DNA from: an uncultured Verrucomicrobiae bacterium
Lineage (GTDB): Bacteria; Chlamydiota; Chlamydiia; Chlamydiales; Rhabdochlamydiaceae
Length of the DNA: 64,000 nt
Reading direction: 5' to 3'
Assembly (NCBI GenBank): GCA_963731265.1
Contig: CAVSUE010000002.1
Location: forward strand, 64,001 to 128,000
Shown here: positions 29,238-38,661 of the stretch, piece after piece
How positions within the stretch are numbered: position 1 is the first letter of the stretch
Layout: every line of letters starts with the position of its first letter
Position numbers and translations under genes: made by a program
The notes under the pieces: model-generated
The model's database searches: none
Seen by the model: only the letters and a program-made list of their open reading frames with translations
What the model was told of the DNA's origin: nothing

Positions 29238-29840
29238 CTAACCCTTCCAATACCTATAACGGCGTGAAGCTTGATCATGTTCAATAACAATGTCTTCAGG
29301 ATTTATTTCTAGGGCATCAATGTCAAAGATCTTGGCATAAGCAATCGGCAATGAAAAAACTTTGACCTCTTCTCCTCGTTCGATCAAATTGATTAGAGAA
29401 ATTTGATCTAATAATTCTAAATTCCCTTTTTTATCGATTTCTTCTTGGCAGTAGGAACACCATTTATTGATGAAATCGATTCCCCGCGGAGTATAATTTA
29501 AAAACAAAGAGCCTGAACAATATTTGAACCTTCTGTCTTTTGAAAATCTCTTCATTTCACGGAAGGCCAAATCGGCATGAAGCATCTGGGAAAAATCAGG
29601 TTTTTTTTTGAAAACAGCATCCACATCGACCCAAAAAATCGGCCGTTTTTTCTCGAGAAGTTTTTTTTGCATGAAAAAAGGTTTGACGGCGCAATTGCGA
29701 TCCCAGGAGCCTACTGCAGGCACCGCTTCGATCTCTGCTTCAATGCCATGATCGCAGCATGAGGCGATCAGCGACCTCGCTTCAAGCTGATAAGGAGAAT
29801 TTTCTGTGTAAAAGCTCACCACGAGAGGAGTTTGAGACAT
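29238..29840 (-). CDS. Nucleotide-diphospho-sugar transferase-like protein (paralog 2)
   Basis: SFYTENSPY, GSWDRNCAVKP, FWVDVDAVF (DxD), DQ, IEHDQASRR. Confidence 0.78.
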   Translation of the reverse strand: MSQTPLVVSFYTENSPYQLEARSLIASCCDHGIEAEIEAVPAVGSWDRNCAVKPFFMQKKLLEKKRPIFWVDVDAVFKKKPDFSQMLHADLAFREMKRFSKDRRFKYCSGSLFLNYTPRGIDFINKWCSYCQEEIDKKGNLELLDQISLINLIERGEEVKVFSLPIAYAKIFDIDALEINPEDIVIEHDQASRRYRYWKG

Positions 29841-29906
29841 CCTTGACTTTTAGCCCCTTTTAAGGTATTCATTGTAATACTGCCTACTTCAACAACCCAC
29901 ACATCC

Positions 29907-30665
29907 ATGAACAATACGATTGTTTTGGCAAATGTCGGAGCCTTCGTCACGGCCTATGGCCAGTCCGACTTCCTTGGTAAAATTATTATCCTAGCCTTGA
30001 TTTCTTTGTCCATCCTTTGCTGGATCATCCTGATTCAAAAGGTCTGGACCACACGCCAGGTTGACCAAATTTCAAAAGCTTTTCGCCGCGCTTATCAACT
30101 CAACAAAGAACGGTTGCTCCACCTCGAGTTGGAAGAACTTCCCAAACCGAGAAACAAATTCGTTCCCCATCCTTACGCAGAAATCTTCCGGGAGTTAAAA
30201 CAGAAGACAGTCGAAATCCTCAATAAAAACCATTATTTTACCGAAAAGCACCCCGGCAAAGGGGATGCTCAAGTCTATCTTTCTCCTGCAGATTTGGAAA
30301 TTGTCGAAACACATGTGTTAACGACGATTTCCGCGCAGACGAAAATTCTCGAAAAAAATCTTTTTATTTTATCCACCATCATCACACTGGCCCCTTTTCT
30401 CGGTCTTTTAGGAACTGTGTGGGGAATTTTGATCACTTTCTCCGAATTGAATTCGGGAGGGATGGCCAGCTCCAATGCAGCTGTGCTCGGCGGCCTATCG
30501 ACTGCTCTTTCGACAACTGTCCTGGGCCTCATCATCGCCATCCCCGCCCTAATCTCTTATAATTACCTCAAAAATGCGACCAAGAACGCCTCTTCGGACA
30601 TGGAAGATTTTTTCTATCAACTCCTCTCTTCCGTCGAGCTGCAATATCGCAAAGCGGATATCTGA
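29907..30665 (+). CDS. tolQ: MotA/TolQ/ExbB proton channel protein
   Basis: LAPFLGLLGTVWGI, ALSTTVLGLIIAIPA; first gene of a tol-pal cluster. Confidence 0.92.
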   Translation: MNNTIVLANVGAFVTAYGQSDFLGKIIILALISLSILCWIILIQKVWTTRQVDQISKAFRRAYQLNKERLLHLELEELPKPRNKFVPHPYAEIFRELKQKTVEILNKNHYFTEKHPGKGDAQVYLSPADLEIVETHVLTTISAQTKILEKNLFILSTIITLAPFLGLLGTVWGILITFSELNSGGMASSNAAVLGGLSTALSTTVLGLIIAIPALISYNYLKNATKNASSDMEDFFYQLLSSVELQYRKADI

Positions 30666-30668
30666 TTT

Positions 30669-31100
30669 ATGCGAAAGTTACGCCTGTCCGCTCTTAAAGA
30701 AGGGGCCTCCGAAGATACGTTGATCAATTTGACGCCGCTTATCGACGTTGTCTTCATCGTTTTGATCATGTTCATCATCATCGCCCCGATGCTTGAATTG
30801 GACCGTGTCCAACTCGCCTCTGCAGCGGAGCGCGACAACAAGGACATGGCAGTCGTTCAAGAAGACAGCCCCGTCGCGATCCATGTCCACGATGATAATT
30901 CGATTTGGATCAACCGCAGGATTGTAACGGAAAAAGATCTCCTCCAGATCTTGAAGGAAGCAAAGCTCTCCTATCCGCATAAAATTCCTCAGCTTTTTCA
31001 GGATAAAAAGGCCCAATTCGGCACTTATCAAACTGTCAAAAATGCCGTCGAGCTGGCAGGCTTCGAACAACTCGATGTGATCCTTCAACCAGGTAAGTAA
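30669..31100 (+). CDS. tolR: ExbD/TolR-family protein
   Basis: INLTPLIDVVFIVLIMFIIIAP. Confidence 0.92.
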   Translation: MRKLRLSALKEGASEDTLINLTPLIDVVFIVLIMFIIIAPMLELDRVQLASAAERDNKDMAVVQEDSPVAIHVHDDNSIWINRRIVTEKDLLQILKEAKLSYPHKIPQLFQDKKAQFGTYQTVKNAVELAGFEQLDVILQPGK

Positions 31101-31267
31101 CCTGAATTTTGAGTTCATTTCATAGCCTCTTCCCGCATCTTTCGGGCGCTTTTTGCAAATCTTGACGCGTCAATAGGTGCCTCCAGCTATTGAACGCGCC
31201 AAAATTTGCAAAAATCACCTCGAAATCTACGGCAATCTACTATAAAATGAACTCAAAACTCAGGTTA
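31098..31267. mobile_element. 170-bp MITE-like hairpin between tolR and tolA, beginning on the tolR stop codon
   Basis: TAACCTGAATTTTGAGTTCATTTCATAG / CTATAAAATGAACTCAAAACTCAGGTTA; inner arms TTTTTGCAAAT..GCGTCAATAG / CTATTGAACGC..ATTTGCAAAAA. Confidence 0.85.
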
Positions 31268-31272
31268 AGTAA

Positions 31273-32091
31273 GTGGCTTGGCTGTCGACGCAATTTCGGA
31301 AGAATCCCCTGCAGAATTTTTTCCTGTCTATCATTATCGCCATCCACATCTTTTTTTTACTGCTCATATTGATTTCCCCTTCTTTTGCTATCCACAAAAA
31401 AGAACACAAACCCTTGATCGTTAAGACAATTGTGCCCAAACTTCCTGCCAAAGCGGCTGTTGTGGAGAAAAAAAGTCCAGGCCCTAAATCTGCAGCCCCC
31501 GCTGCTCAAAAAACGGCGCCCAAAACTCCAGTTCCTGCAAAAAAAGAAACCCCTGCTCCCAAAACAACGGCTCAGAAAAAAAGCCCTTCTGAAAAGAAAG
31601 AGCCCGCAGTCGCCGATAAAAAACTCAGCAAATCGAAACAACCGCCGCCTCCGGTAAAAAAAAATCCTTCCCCGCAAAATCGAGCGAAAATCTCCGATTC
31701 TCTCTTGAAAGAGCTGGAAGACAGCATTGCCAAGATAGAAAAAAATAAGCCTATTTCAAAAGCCATTACTTCTGGCAAAGCTTTAGCTCCTATTCCGTTG
31801 CAAATCGATCTTCTGTCCTCGGATCATGAAGATGCATCCGCCGATTATGCCGATTTGGTTGTCGGCTATCTGCATCAGTCATTAAGTCTTCCCGATTACG
31901 GAGAGGTTAAAATTCAATTGAGCTTGCGCCAAGATGGCTCAGTGAGTAAAGTGATTGTCCTAAAAACCCAAAGTGAAAAAAATAAGCGGTATTTAGAGAG
32001 CAGCCTTCCGAAATTGAATTTTCCCAGGTTTGAAGGAACTTATTCAAACAAAATAGAATGTACGTTTATACTGACATTTTGTAATGAGTAG
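31273..32091 (+). CDS. TolA/TonB-like energy transducer
   Basis: N-terminal TM with SIIIAIH, long Lys/Pro/Ala linker, small C-terminal domain; lies between tolR and tolB. Confidence 0.8.
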   Translation: MAWLSTQFRKNPLQNFFLSIIIAIHIFFLLLILISPSFAIHKKEHKPLIVKTIVPKLPAKAAVVEKKSPGPKSAAPAAQKTAPKTPVPAKKETPAPKTTAQKKSPSEKKEPAVADKKLSKSKQPPPPVKKNPSPQNRAKISDSLLKELEDSIAKIEKNKPISKAITSGKALAPIPLQIDLLSSDHEDASADYADLVVGYLHQSLSLPDYGEVKIQLSLRQDGSVSKVIVLKTQSEKNKRYLESSLPKLNFPRFEGTYSNKIECTFILTFCNE

Positions 32092-33463
32092 TTATATGCA
32101 CCGATGGTTTTTATTTTTTATATTTTTTCTCCCTCCCTTTGCATTTTCTGCTGAAGCAAATCAAAGTCAGGAAATCCGCGTTCAACTGGCGACATCCAGT
32201 CCGCTACAGACGATCTACGTAGGGAAGATTCAATCCCAAGATGCATCGTTCGATGCTTCCTACCTCGCTCAGATCGAAGCCGTTTTAACCTACGATCTCA
32301 ACTATAATGGCTCAACAAAGGTCTCCGCCAAAACCCCAGAAAAAGAGCAGCTGCTCTTTTCCAAAGACACTGCCGCTGCCTTTCACCCCGGCACTTGGAA
32401 AAGTTTCGGCATCCCTTTTGTGGTTCGGTTGCAGATGGCAAACCGGATGTTGGCGATTTGCGCCTTCAACTCTCAAAATGGCTCCCTTAAATCTTTTCCT
32501 GAAGTCTTAATTTCCGGTGATCTGAATAAAGATCGACAACAAATCCATAAAATCGCCGATGCCATCCATAAAGCCTTGTTCAACCAGGAAGGCATCGCAA
32601 ACAGCCGTATCTTATATTCTTATCAAATCAAAAATCCTCGTCCAGATGGTTCCGAATGGGTCTCAGAAATCTGGGAATGCGATTGGGATGGGGCCAATGC
32701 AAGGCAGTTGACGCATGAAGGAAGCTACTCCGTGACGCCGGTTATCGTTCCTCACAGCCAGCGTTTTAGCAATGATCGTTTCTTGTACGTTTCCTATAAA
32801 ATGGGCCAGCCGAAAATTTTCCTGGGATCGCTGAAAGGAGGTGCCGGCAAACGATTGATCGACCTGCGCGGCAATCAATTGCTGCCCGCCATCTCACCTC
32901 AACGCGACAAAATCGCTTTCATTTGCGATGCCGGCGGACGAACGGACCTGTTTATGCAGCCGTTCAATCCTGAAACCGGCGAAGTGGGGAAGCCCGCACA
33001 ACTTTATTCCCATCCCCGTTCGACTCAAGCGTCGCCCACGTTCAGCCCGGACGGATCTAAAATCGCCTTTGTTTCCGATAAGGATAGCGGAATGCGTATC
33101 TATGTGATCCCCGCATCTGCCTCGGAGAAGCGGGCCAATGCAGTCATGATCAGCAAGCAAAATCGAGAAAATTCGTGCCCCTGCTGGTCCCCCGATGGAA
33201 CAAAATTAGCCTATAGTGCTAAAACAAATGGTATACGCCAGATATGGATATATGACTTCGGTTCAGGCGAAGAGTCTCAGCTCACTTCAGGATTAGGAAA
33301 TAAAGAGAATCCTTATTGGGGGCCTGACAGCAAGCATCTTGTTTTTAACTCAACGGATGCTTCAGGTTCAGAACTTTACATCGTCAACTTGAATCAACCT
33401 GAGGCTGTCAAAATTAGTAGAGGACTCGGTAAAAAGCATTATCCGACTTGGGGTCCTCGATAA
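32084..33463 (+). CDS. tolB: Tol-Pal system beta-propeller protein
   Basis: Signal peptide; PD40-like repeats SPTFSPDGSKIAFVS, PCWSPDGTKLAY. Confidence 0.93.
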   Translation: MSSYMHRWFLFFIFFLPPFAFSAEANQSQEIRVQLATSSPLQTIYVGKIQSQDASFDASYLAQIEAVLTYDLNYNGSTKVSAKTPEKEQLLFSKDTAAAFHPGTWKSFGIPFVVRLQMANRMLAICAFNSQNGSLKSFPEVLISGDLNKDRQQIHKIADAIHKALFNQEGIANSRILYSYQIKNPRPDGSEWVSEIWECDWDGANARQLTHEGSYSVTPVIVPHSQRFSNDRFLYVSYKMGQPKIFLGSLKGGAGKRLIDLRGNQLLPAISPQRDKIAFICDAGGRTDLFMQPFNPETGEVGKPAQLYSHPRSTQASPTFSPDGSKIAFVSDKDSGMRIYVIPASASEKRANAVMISKQNRENSCPCWSPDGTKLAYSAKTNGIRQIWIYDFGSGEESQLTSGLGNKENPYWGPDSKHLVFNSTDASGSELYIVNLNQPEAVKISRGLGKKHYPTWGPR

Positions 33464-33486
33464 AAATTGAATGGAGATACAAAAAA

Positions 33487-34158
33487 ATGAAACAGACTAG
33501 AATTCTAATCCCTTTAATCTGCGCCATGGCTTGCTGCCTTCTCACAGGGTGCAAAAAAAATAACGCGGGCGGCGTGTGGGATGACGACACCACAACAGGA
33601 AATTACACAGGCAACGCCACTTCTTTATGGGGTCGCAGCGAAAGTTCGGAAGAAGATTTCTTCGGACCGAACAATGAAGATTTCATTGGCCTCAAAGATG
33701 AAGATTTACGCTCGCAGCTGGCCGACGGCGCCATTCCTCAGCCCAAAAATTCGCCTGGCGAACCAGGCAGCGGCATTCCAGGCCTCGATAGTTTCCACTC
33801 ACCAATGGGCGCCGAAGCGGCGATCTTCAAAAGTGTCTACTTTAACACCGATGATCACATTTTACGCGGCAAAGATTATACGGCGGTCGTCGAACGGATT
33901 GCGGAGTATTTGACATCCCATCGCAACGTTTATCTCTTTATTTCCGGCCACTGCGATGAACGGGGCCCCGAAGCTTACAACCTTTCGCTGGGAGCCAGAC
34001 GCGCCAATTACATCCGCTCTCTGCTCGTGCAAAAAGGAGTTGACCCAGAGCGCCTCCATACCGTTTCCTATGGAAAAGAACGTCCTGTAGATCTAGGCCA
34101 CAGCGCAGATTCATGGTCGAAGAATCGCCGCGGCGAATTCCGAATTTACCAGAAATGA
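33487..34158 (+). CDS. pal: Peptidoglycan-associated lipoprotein (OmpA-like domain)
   Basis: Lipobox LLTGC; GHCDERG..YNLSLGARRA, SYGKERP, NRR. Confidence 0.93.
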   Translation: MKQTRILIPLICAMACCLLTGCKKNNAGGVWDDDTTTGNYTGNATSLWGRSESSEEDFFGPNNEDFIGLKDEDLRSQLADGAIPQPKNSPGEPGSGIPGLDSFHSPMGAEAAIFKSVYFNTDDHILRGKDYTAVVERIAEYLTSHRNVYLFISGHCDERGPEAYNLSLGARRANYIRSLLVQKGVDPERLHTVSYGKERPVDLGHSADSWSKNRRGEFRIYQK

Positions 34159-34167
34159 TAGGCATCG

Positions 34168-34782
34168 ATGCGAAAAATATACCTATTCACAGCAATCTAT
34201 TTTTCCGCTTGTCTCCTTGAGGCAAGGCCTCCATCGGGAATTTATAACAATGCTGAATTGGATGAATTTCGCATCGAACTCGACGATCTTAAGTATGGTC
34301 TCAACGCCATACAAGTCGAAGTGAATCTTCTGGATGAGCGTTCCAAAAAGCAGGATCGCTCCCTGGTCCAGAGCAAAGACTCTGCTCTTTTCTCATCGCA
34401 AGTCCAAGCATTGGAAAAGAAAATTTCGCAACTCGAAAAGACGTTGGAAAAAGCGGCAAATGATCTGCGCAGCTTGAACACAACGACGGCCCAGGCCTTG
34501 AGCAAAATCCAGGAGCTGGAAAAAAATTTTATCTCGCATGAAAAAAGGCTTGACGACGTTGTCAAACTCAAAGGAACGCTTGCAAGCATTTCCCAAGCGA
34601 TCAGCCAAAGATCGCCCGAGGCCCCTAGCTCGACTAAACCGTACCGCGTCAAAGCAGGGGACTCTCTAGAAAAAATCTCCCGCAACAATCATATTTCCGT
34701 CGAAACATTAAAGAAGATCAATCACCTCGCCAGCGATAAAATCGTCGTGGGCCAAGAATTGAGACTGGCTGATGAACCATGA
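34168..34782 (+). CDS. Periplasmic coiled-coil plus LysM protein
   Basis: Signal peptide, heptad coiled coil, C-terminal LysM YRVKAGDSLEKISR...LKKIN...IVVGQEL. Confidence 0.88.
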   Translation: MRKIYLFTAIYFSACLLEARPPSGIYNNAELDEFRIELDDLKYGLNAIQVEVNLLDERSKKQDRSLVQSKDSALFSSQVQALEKKISQLEKTLEKAANDLRSLNTTTAQALSKIQELEKNFISHEKRLDDVVKLKGTLASISQAISQRSPEAPSSTKPYRVKAGDSLEKISRNNHISVETLKKINHLASDKIVVGQELRLADEP

Positions 34783-35608
34783 TCCCCGTTTTGGGTGCAT
34801 AGGAATATTCGATTCGGGGTTTGGCGGCCTCACTGTGATGCGCGCCATCCGAGAGCTCATGCCCTATGAAAATATGATCTACTTCGGAGACACCGCCCGC
34901 CTGCCTTACGGGGGTAAAAGCTCCGAGACAATCCTGCGCTACTCTTTAGAAAATGCCGCTCTCCTGATCTCTGAAGGGATTAAAGCCTTGGTCATCGCTT
35001 GCAACACCTCATGTTCTGCAGCATTGGAACAAGTCCGGGCCGCGTCAGAAATTCCGGTCATCGGCATCACCGAGCAAGGCGTCGAAGAAGTTTTAAGGCT
35101 TTTCCCCAACGGCAAAGTCGCCATACTTGGCACCCGCGCCACCATCACCTCAGGCGTGTTTCAACATCAAATCATGTCTCGCAGCACCTTTTTGGAACTC
35201 TATTCTATTTCTTGCCCTTTGTTTGTCCCGCTTGTTGAAGAAGGATATATCGAACATCCGATGAGCGCGCTGATCGTCCAGGAATATTTGCGCCCTTTAA
35301 AAAATCGCGGCATCAATGGCCTCCTGCTCGGATGCACCCACTATCCCCTCCTGCAATCGATCATCCAAAACGAACTCGGACCAGAAGTCCAATTGATCGA
35401 CCCATCCATTGCTTGCGCGGAAAGAACACGAGCCATCCTCGCAGAAAAAAATCTTCTCAATCCTTCAACCAATCTCCCCCATTACCAGTTTTTTGTTTCC
35501 GATGATCCGGAAAAATTCCGCCTCCTCGGCAAAACATTCCTCAATTATCCCATCGAGCACGTCCAGCAAAAACGCGCCGAACAATTCAAAACCTCCCTTT
35601 TAAATTAA
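34772..35608 (+). CDS. murI: Glutamate racemase
   Basis: IGIFDSGFGGLTV, GDTARLPYG, VIACNT, LLGCTHYP. Confidence 0.96.
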   Translation: MNHDPRFGCIGIFDSGFGGLTVMRAIRELMPYENMIYFGDTARLPYGGKSSETILRYSLENAALLISEGIKALVIACNTSCSAALEQVRAASEIPVIGITEQGVEEVLRLFPNGKVAILGTRATITSGVFQHQIMSRSTFLELYSISCPLFVPLVEEGYIEHPMSALIVQEYLRPLKNRGINGLLLGCTHYPLLQSIIQNELGPEVQLIDPSIACAERTRAILAEKNLLNPSTNLPHYQFFVSDDPEKFRLLGKTFLNYPIEHVQQKRAEQFKTSLLN

Positions 35609-35748
35609 TTGGGGAGTAAGTCTTCAAAAGGCGTCTCCATTCAACGGCAAATTTTTGGATGAATTTTAAGGTGTGTTGCAATAGAATTTCTCCCTGTGAA
35701 ACTCAAAATTTAATCCCGAACACTCCTTAATCAGACCAACGAGGTTTT

Positions 35749-36546
35749 ATGAATTGCCCCCTATTGTCAAAATTAATTGCCTGCCTCCTACTGATTTTCC
35801 CATGCGTGTCCGGCTTTTCAAACGAGGAAAATTTCCTTCTTATCAATGGAGAAACCGATGAAATCGTGCTCGAGCTTGGCCCCCATATTAACAAACGGAT
35901 TAGTCCCTGCTCTTCCTTTAAAATTGCTTTAGCTTTGATGGGATATGATGCAGGAATTCTCAAGGATGAAAAGAACCCCGTCTGGAATTTTCAAGACGGG
36001 TATGATGATTGGCTGGAATCATGGAGAGTTCCGCTGACCCCTGAATCTTGGATGAAATTTTCCTCCGTCTGGTATTCAAAGCTTTTGGCAATACAATTAG
36101 GGATGGGAAAGATGCAAAACTATTTAACCTCATTTGAATATGGAAATCAGAACATATCCGTGGGATTGGCAGAACCCGGAAAAACAACCCATGCTGCATG
36201 GATCAATTCTTCATTAACAATTTCTCCAAAGGAGCAAGTTGATTTCATCCAAAACATGATCCAAGGCAAGCTCTCTGTTTCAAACCACGCCATTAAAATG
36301 ACAAAAGTAATTCTATTTAAAGAGGAATTGGCTGAAGGTTGGAAATTGTTTGGGAAGACAGGATGGAGTGGTTCTGACATTACAAAAGATGGTCAAAGTT
36401 TAGAACATGGCTGGTTTGTTGGATGGATCGAAAAAGATCATCACTTCTACCCTTTCTCCTATCTCATTCGGGACAAAAAAATAAACCTCGATCAAAGAAT
36501 CCCAAGAGTCAAGCAGCTATTGATGGAATCTAAGGCCGTACTATAA
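35749..36546 (+). CDS. Class D (OXA-like) serine beta-lactamase homolog
   Basis: Signal peptide; S-x-x-K (PCSSFK), S-x-V (SSVW), YGN, W..SSL.ISP.EQ, KTG, GWFVGW. Confidence 0.85.
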   Translation: MNCPLLSKLIACLLLIFPCVSGFSNEENFLLINGETDEIVLELGPHINKRISPCSSFKIALALMGYDAGILKDEKNPVWNFQDGYDDWLESWRVPLTPESWMKFSSVWYSKLLAIQLGMGKMQNYLTSFEYGNQNISVGLAEPGKTTHAAWINSSLTISPKEQVDFIQNMIQGKLSVSNHAIKMTKVILFKEELAEGWKLFGKTGWSGSDITKDGQSLEHGWFVGWIEKDHHFYPFSYLIRDKKINLDQRIPRVKQLLMESKAVL

Positions 36547-36548
36547 AC

Positions 36549-37310
36549 ATGTCGATAGGTTGGCAATTTTATCAACCCACAGCTTCTGAGTCCTTTTATC
36601 AATCAGGCGCTTCTGAGTGCCATGAAAAAAAAATAGAGTTTGTTCATATTCCACAACGTCATCGCGAACCATTTCACGATTATGAGAGTCGTACAGAAGA
36701 AGAAATAACAAAGGTTGCTAAATCTCAATTAAAAGTTGCAGAGGCAATTAAAGACGAACTTAGTAAAAATTCTAATTGTTTTATTATCGATGAGGACTCT
36801 TCAGAAGATTTTAATATAGATTCAATTCCTGTTAGGGTATTAAATCTATTGAAAACCGCATTCAATAGCGGCTTGCCCAAGAGCTTCCAAAAGCTATCGC
36901 TTATTCAAAAGAGACTTCTATGCGAATATGGTGCCGCAAGGGTTCTGCTTGTTTCAAAAGAAATTAATGCAATTTATAAATGCATGGAAAAAGAAACAGC
37001 TGCTAAAATTAGGGAGATTTTACATACAAAAAGTCATGCTGTGCTCGAAGCAGAACATAAATTTATAAAGGATGACCGAGAGAAAGAAGTTATAAAACTG
37101 GCTCAAAAAATCATCAGGAGGCAACACCATCATCTGACAAACTTCACTTTTCTCGTGATCTTTGGTGCATCTCATGATTTTAAAGCTCATTGTGATAAAG
37201 AAGGATTTACGCATAGACGAGTTTTAGGAACTGTAAAATGTTATCCACATTATGAGGTTTCACCATATGAGCCCTCAGGAATAGGTGGATTTACCGGGGA
37301 TATATTTTAA
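36549..37310 (+). CDS. Hypothetical AT-rich effector-like protein, possibly Tiki/EreA-like
   Basis: 253 aa; HIPQRH, IIDED, DDREKEV, LVIFGASHDF. Confidence 0.6.
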   Translation: MSIGWQFYQPTASESFYQSGASECHEKKIEFVHIPQRHREPFHDYESRTEEEITKVAKSQLKVAEAIKDELSKNSNCFIIDEDSSEDFNIDSIPVRVLNLLKTAFNSGLPKSFQKLSLIQKRLLCEYGAARVLLVSKEINAIYKCMEKETAAKIREILHTKSHAVLEAEHKFIKDDREKEVIKLAQKIIRRQHHHLTNFTFLVIFGASHDFKAHCDKEGFTHRRVLGTVKCYPHYEVSPYEPSGIGGFTGDIF

Positions 37311-37388
37311 GGCCTAAGACCGTCTTCAACGGACTCGTCGCCCGCAGATCTGAAAAAGTCTTTACACTCAAGTTGAGTATACTGTGAT

Positions 37389-38654
37389 TTAGCCGTGATG
37401 GCGTTCGTCGTAAGCTCTGTGGATGTATAGAAGGCTGAATGCCAAGAAGGCGACCGCTCCTCCAAATAGAAAAAGGGCCTGCTTGTTGATGCCTATTAAT
37501 ACTCCGCCCAGGATAGGGCTTAACATGGCGGCGATTGAGCTCATGGACTGGTTGATGCCCAAAATGCTTCCCTGGATCGAGGGAGGGGCTTTTAAGGAAA
37601 CCGTCGCGAGGCCATTTGTCCAGCAAAGAGAAGCGAAGCAGACTGCAGGAAAAAAAAATGCGAGGAACAGCGCAAGAGAATGGGAAGCGAAGGGGGTAAA
37701 CAAGAGCGCTAAGGAGATGCCAAAAAGACAGACGAGCAATGTCCTTCCCGGGAAAAAAAATTTCGCTAGAATGCGATTGATAAATAGATTGGTCAGTGAC
37801 CAGAGGGCTCCCACTCCCATCAAACAAAATGTGATCTCCTTCACATCCAATTTATAGTCCAAAATGAGAAAAGAGGGGAAAAATTGCATTGAAGCCACCC
37901 ATACAAGCATAAACAAAAAGTTCACTCCATAGATCACCCGCAATTCTTTGGTTTGAAGCCCAACGATAATGTTGTGAAAGCCTCTTAACGGGTTAACTCC
38001 TGGCTTTTTCGCTGAAGGATGCGTTTCATGAAAGAGTAAAATCATACAGATCAGGTTGATATAGGAAAAAATGGCCGTGATCCAAAAAGGGAAACTCGGA
38101 TTGAAGAAAGCATGGATGCCCGGATCGGAAAGAATTCCTCCAAAAGCAATCGCTATAATGAAGCTCAAACCCCCGACAGCGCCGATCTGCCCAAAATTTT
38201 TGGCACGCGTCACATCATCCGGGCTCATATCGGCAATGGCAGCCAAACACAGCGTCAAATTTCCGGCAAAAAAGCCTGTGGCAAACCGGCAGATAAATAC
38301 ACCGACAAGCGAGCCGGTCATAATGCTCAAGGATGTGAAGGTATAGCCTATCGCCATCCCCAAAATCGTCGCATAGAACGCCCTCTTCCGCCCAAATCGA
38401 TCGGAAAACTGGCCAATCAAAGGGGCTCCAAAAAATTGCGCTAACGGAAAAACACCTATCAGCAGGCCTAGTAGGACAGTCCGGTGAAAATAAGACGTCG
38501 TATGAGGGAGAATCGAGCTTGAATTGATGAGCAAAGGGGTAAAAATCGGATAGACGATGGCCAGCCCAAAATTGTCGAGAAAGTAAGTGAGAAGAACAGG
38601 AAAAAGAGAACGTCTTTTTTTCTTTTCCTCAAATATCATTTGACCTGTTCGCAT
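37389..38654 (-). CDS. MFS transporter (TetA/DHA1-like)
   Basis: About 12 TM segments; motif A GQFSDRFGRK; RFATGFFAG. Confidence 0.92.
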   Translation of the reverse strand: MRTGQMIFEEKKKRRSLFPVLLTYFLDNFGLAIVYPIFTPLLINSSSILPHTTSYFHRTVLLGLLIGVFPLAQFFGAPLIGQFSDRFGRKRAFYATILGMAIGYTFTSLSIMTGSLVGVFICRFATGFFAGNLTLCLAAIADMSPDDVTRAKNFGQIGAVGGLSFIIAIAFGGILSDPGIHAFFNPSFPFWITAIFSYINLICMILLFHETHPSAKKPGVNPLRGFHNIIVGLQTKELRVIYGVNFLFMLVWVASMQFFPSFLILDYKLDVKEITFCLMGVGALWSLTNLFINRILAKFFFPGRTLLVCLFGISLALLFTPFASHSLALFLAFFFPAVCFASLCWTNGLATVSLKAPPSIQGSILGINQSMSSIAAMLSPILGGVLIGINKQALFLFGGAVAFLAFSLLYIHRAYDERHHG

Positions 38655-38661
38655 AAAAAAT

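Noticed and set aside
35609..35748. Possible decayed inverted repeat upstream of the beta-lactamase homolog
   Set aside because: Pairing is too weak to call by eye
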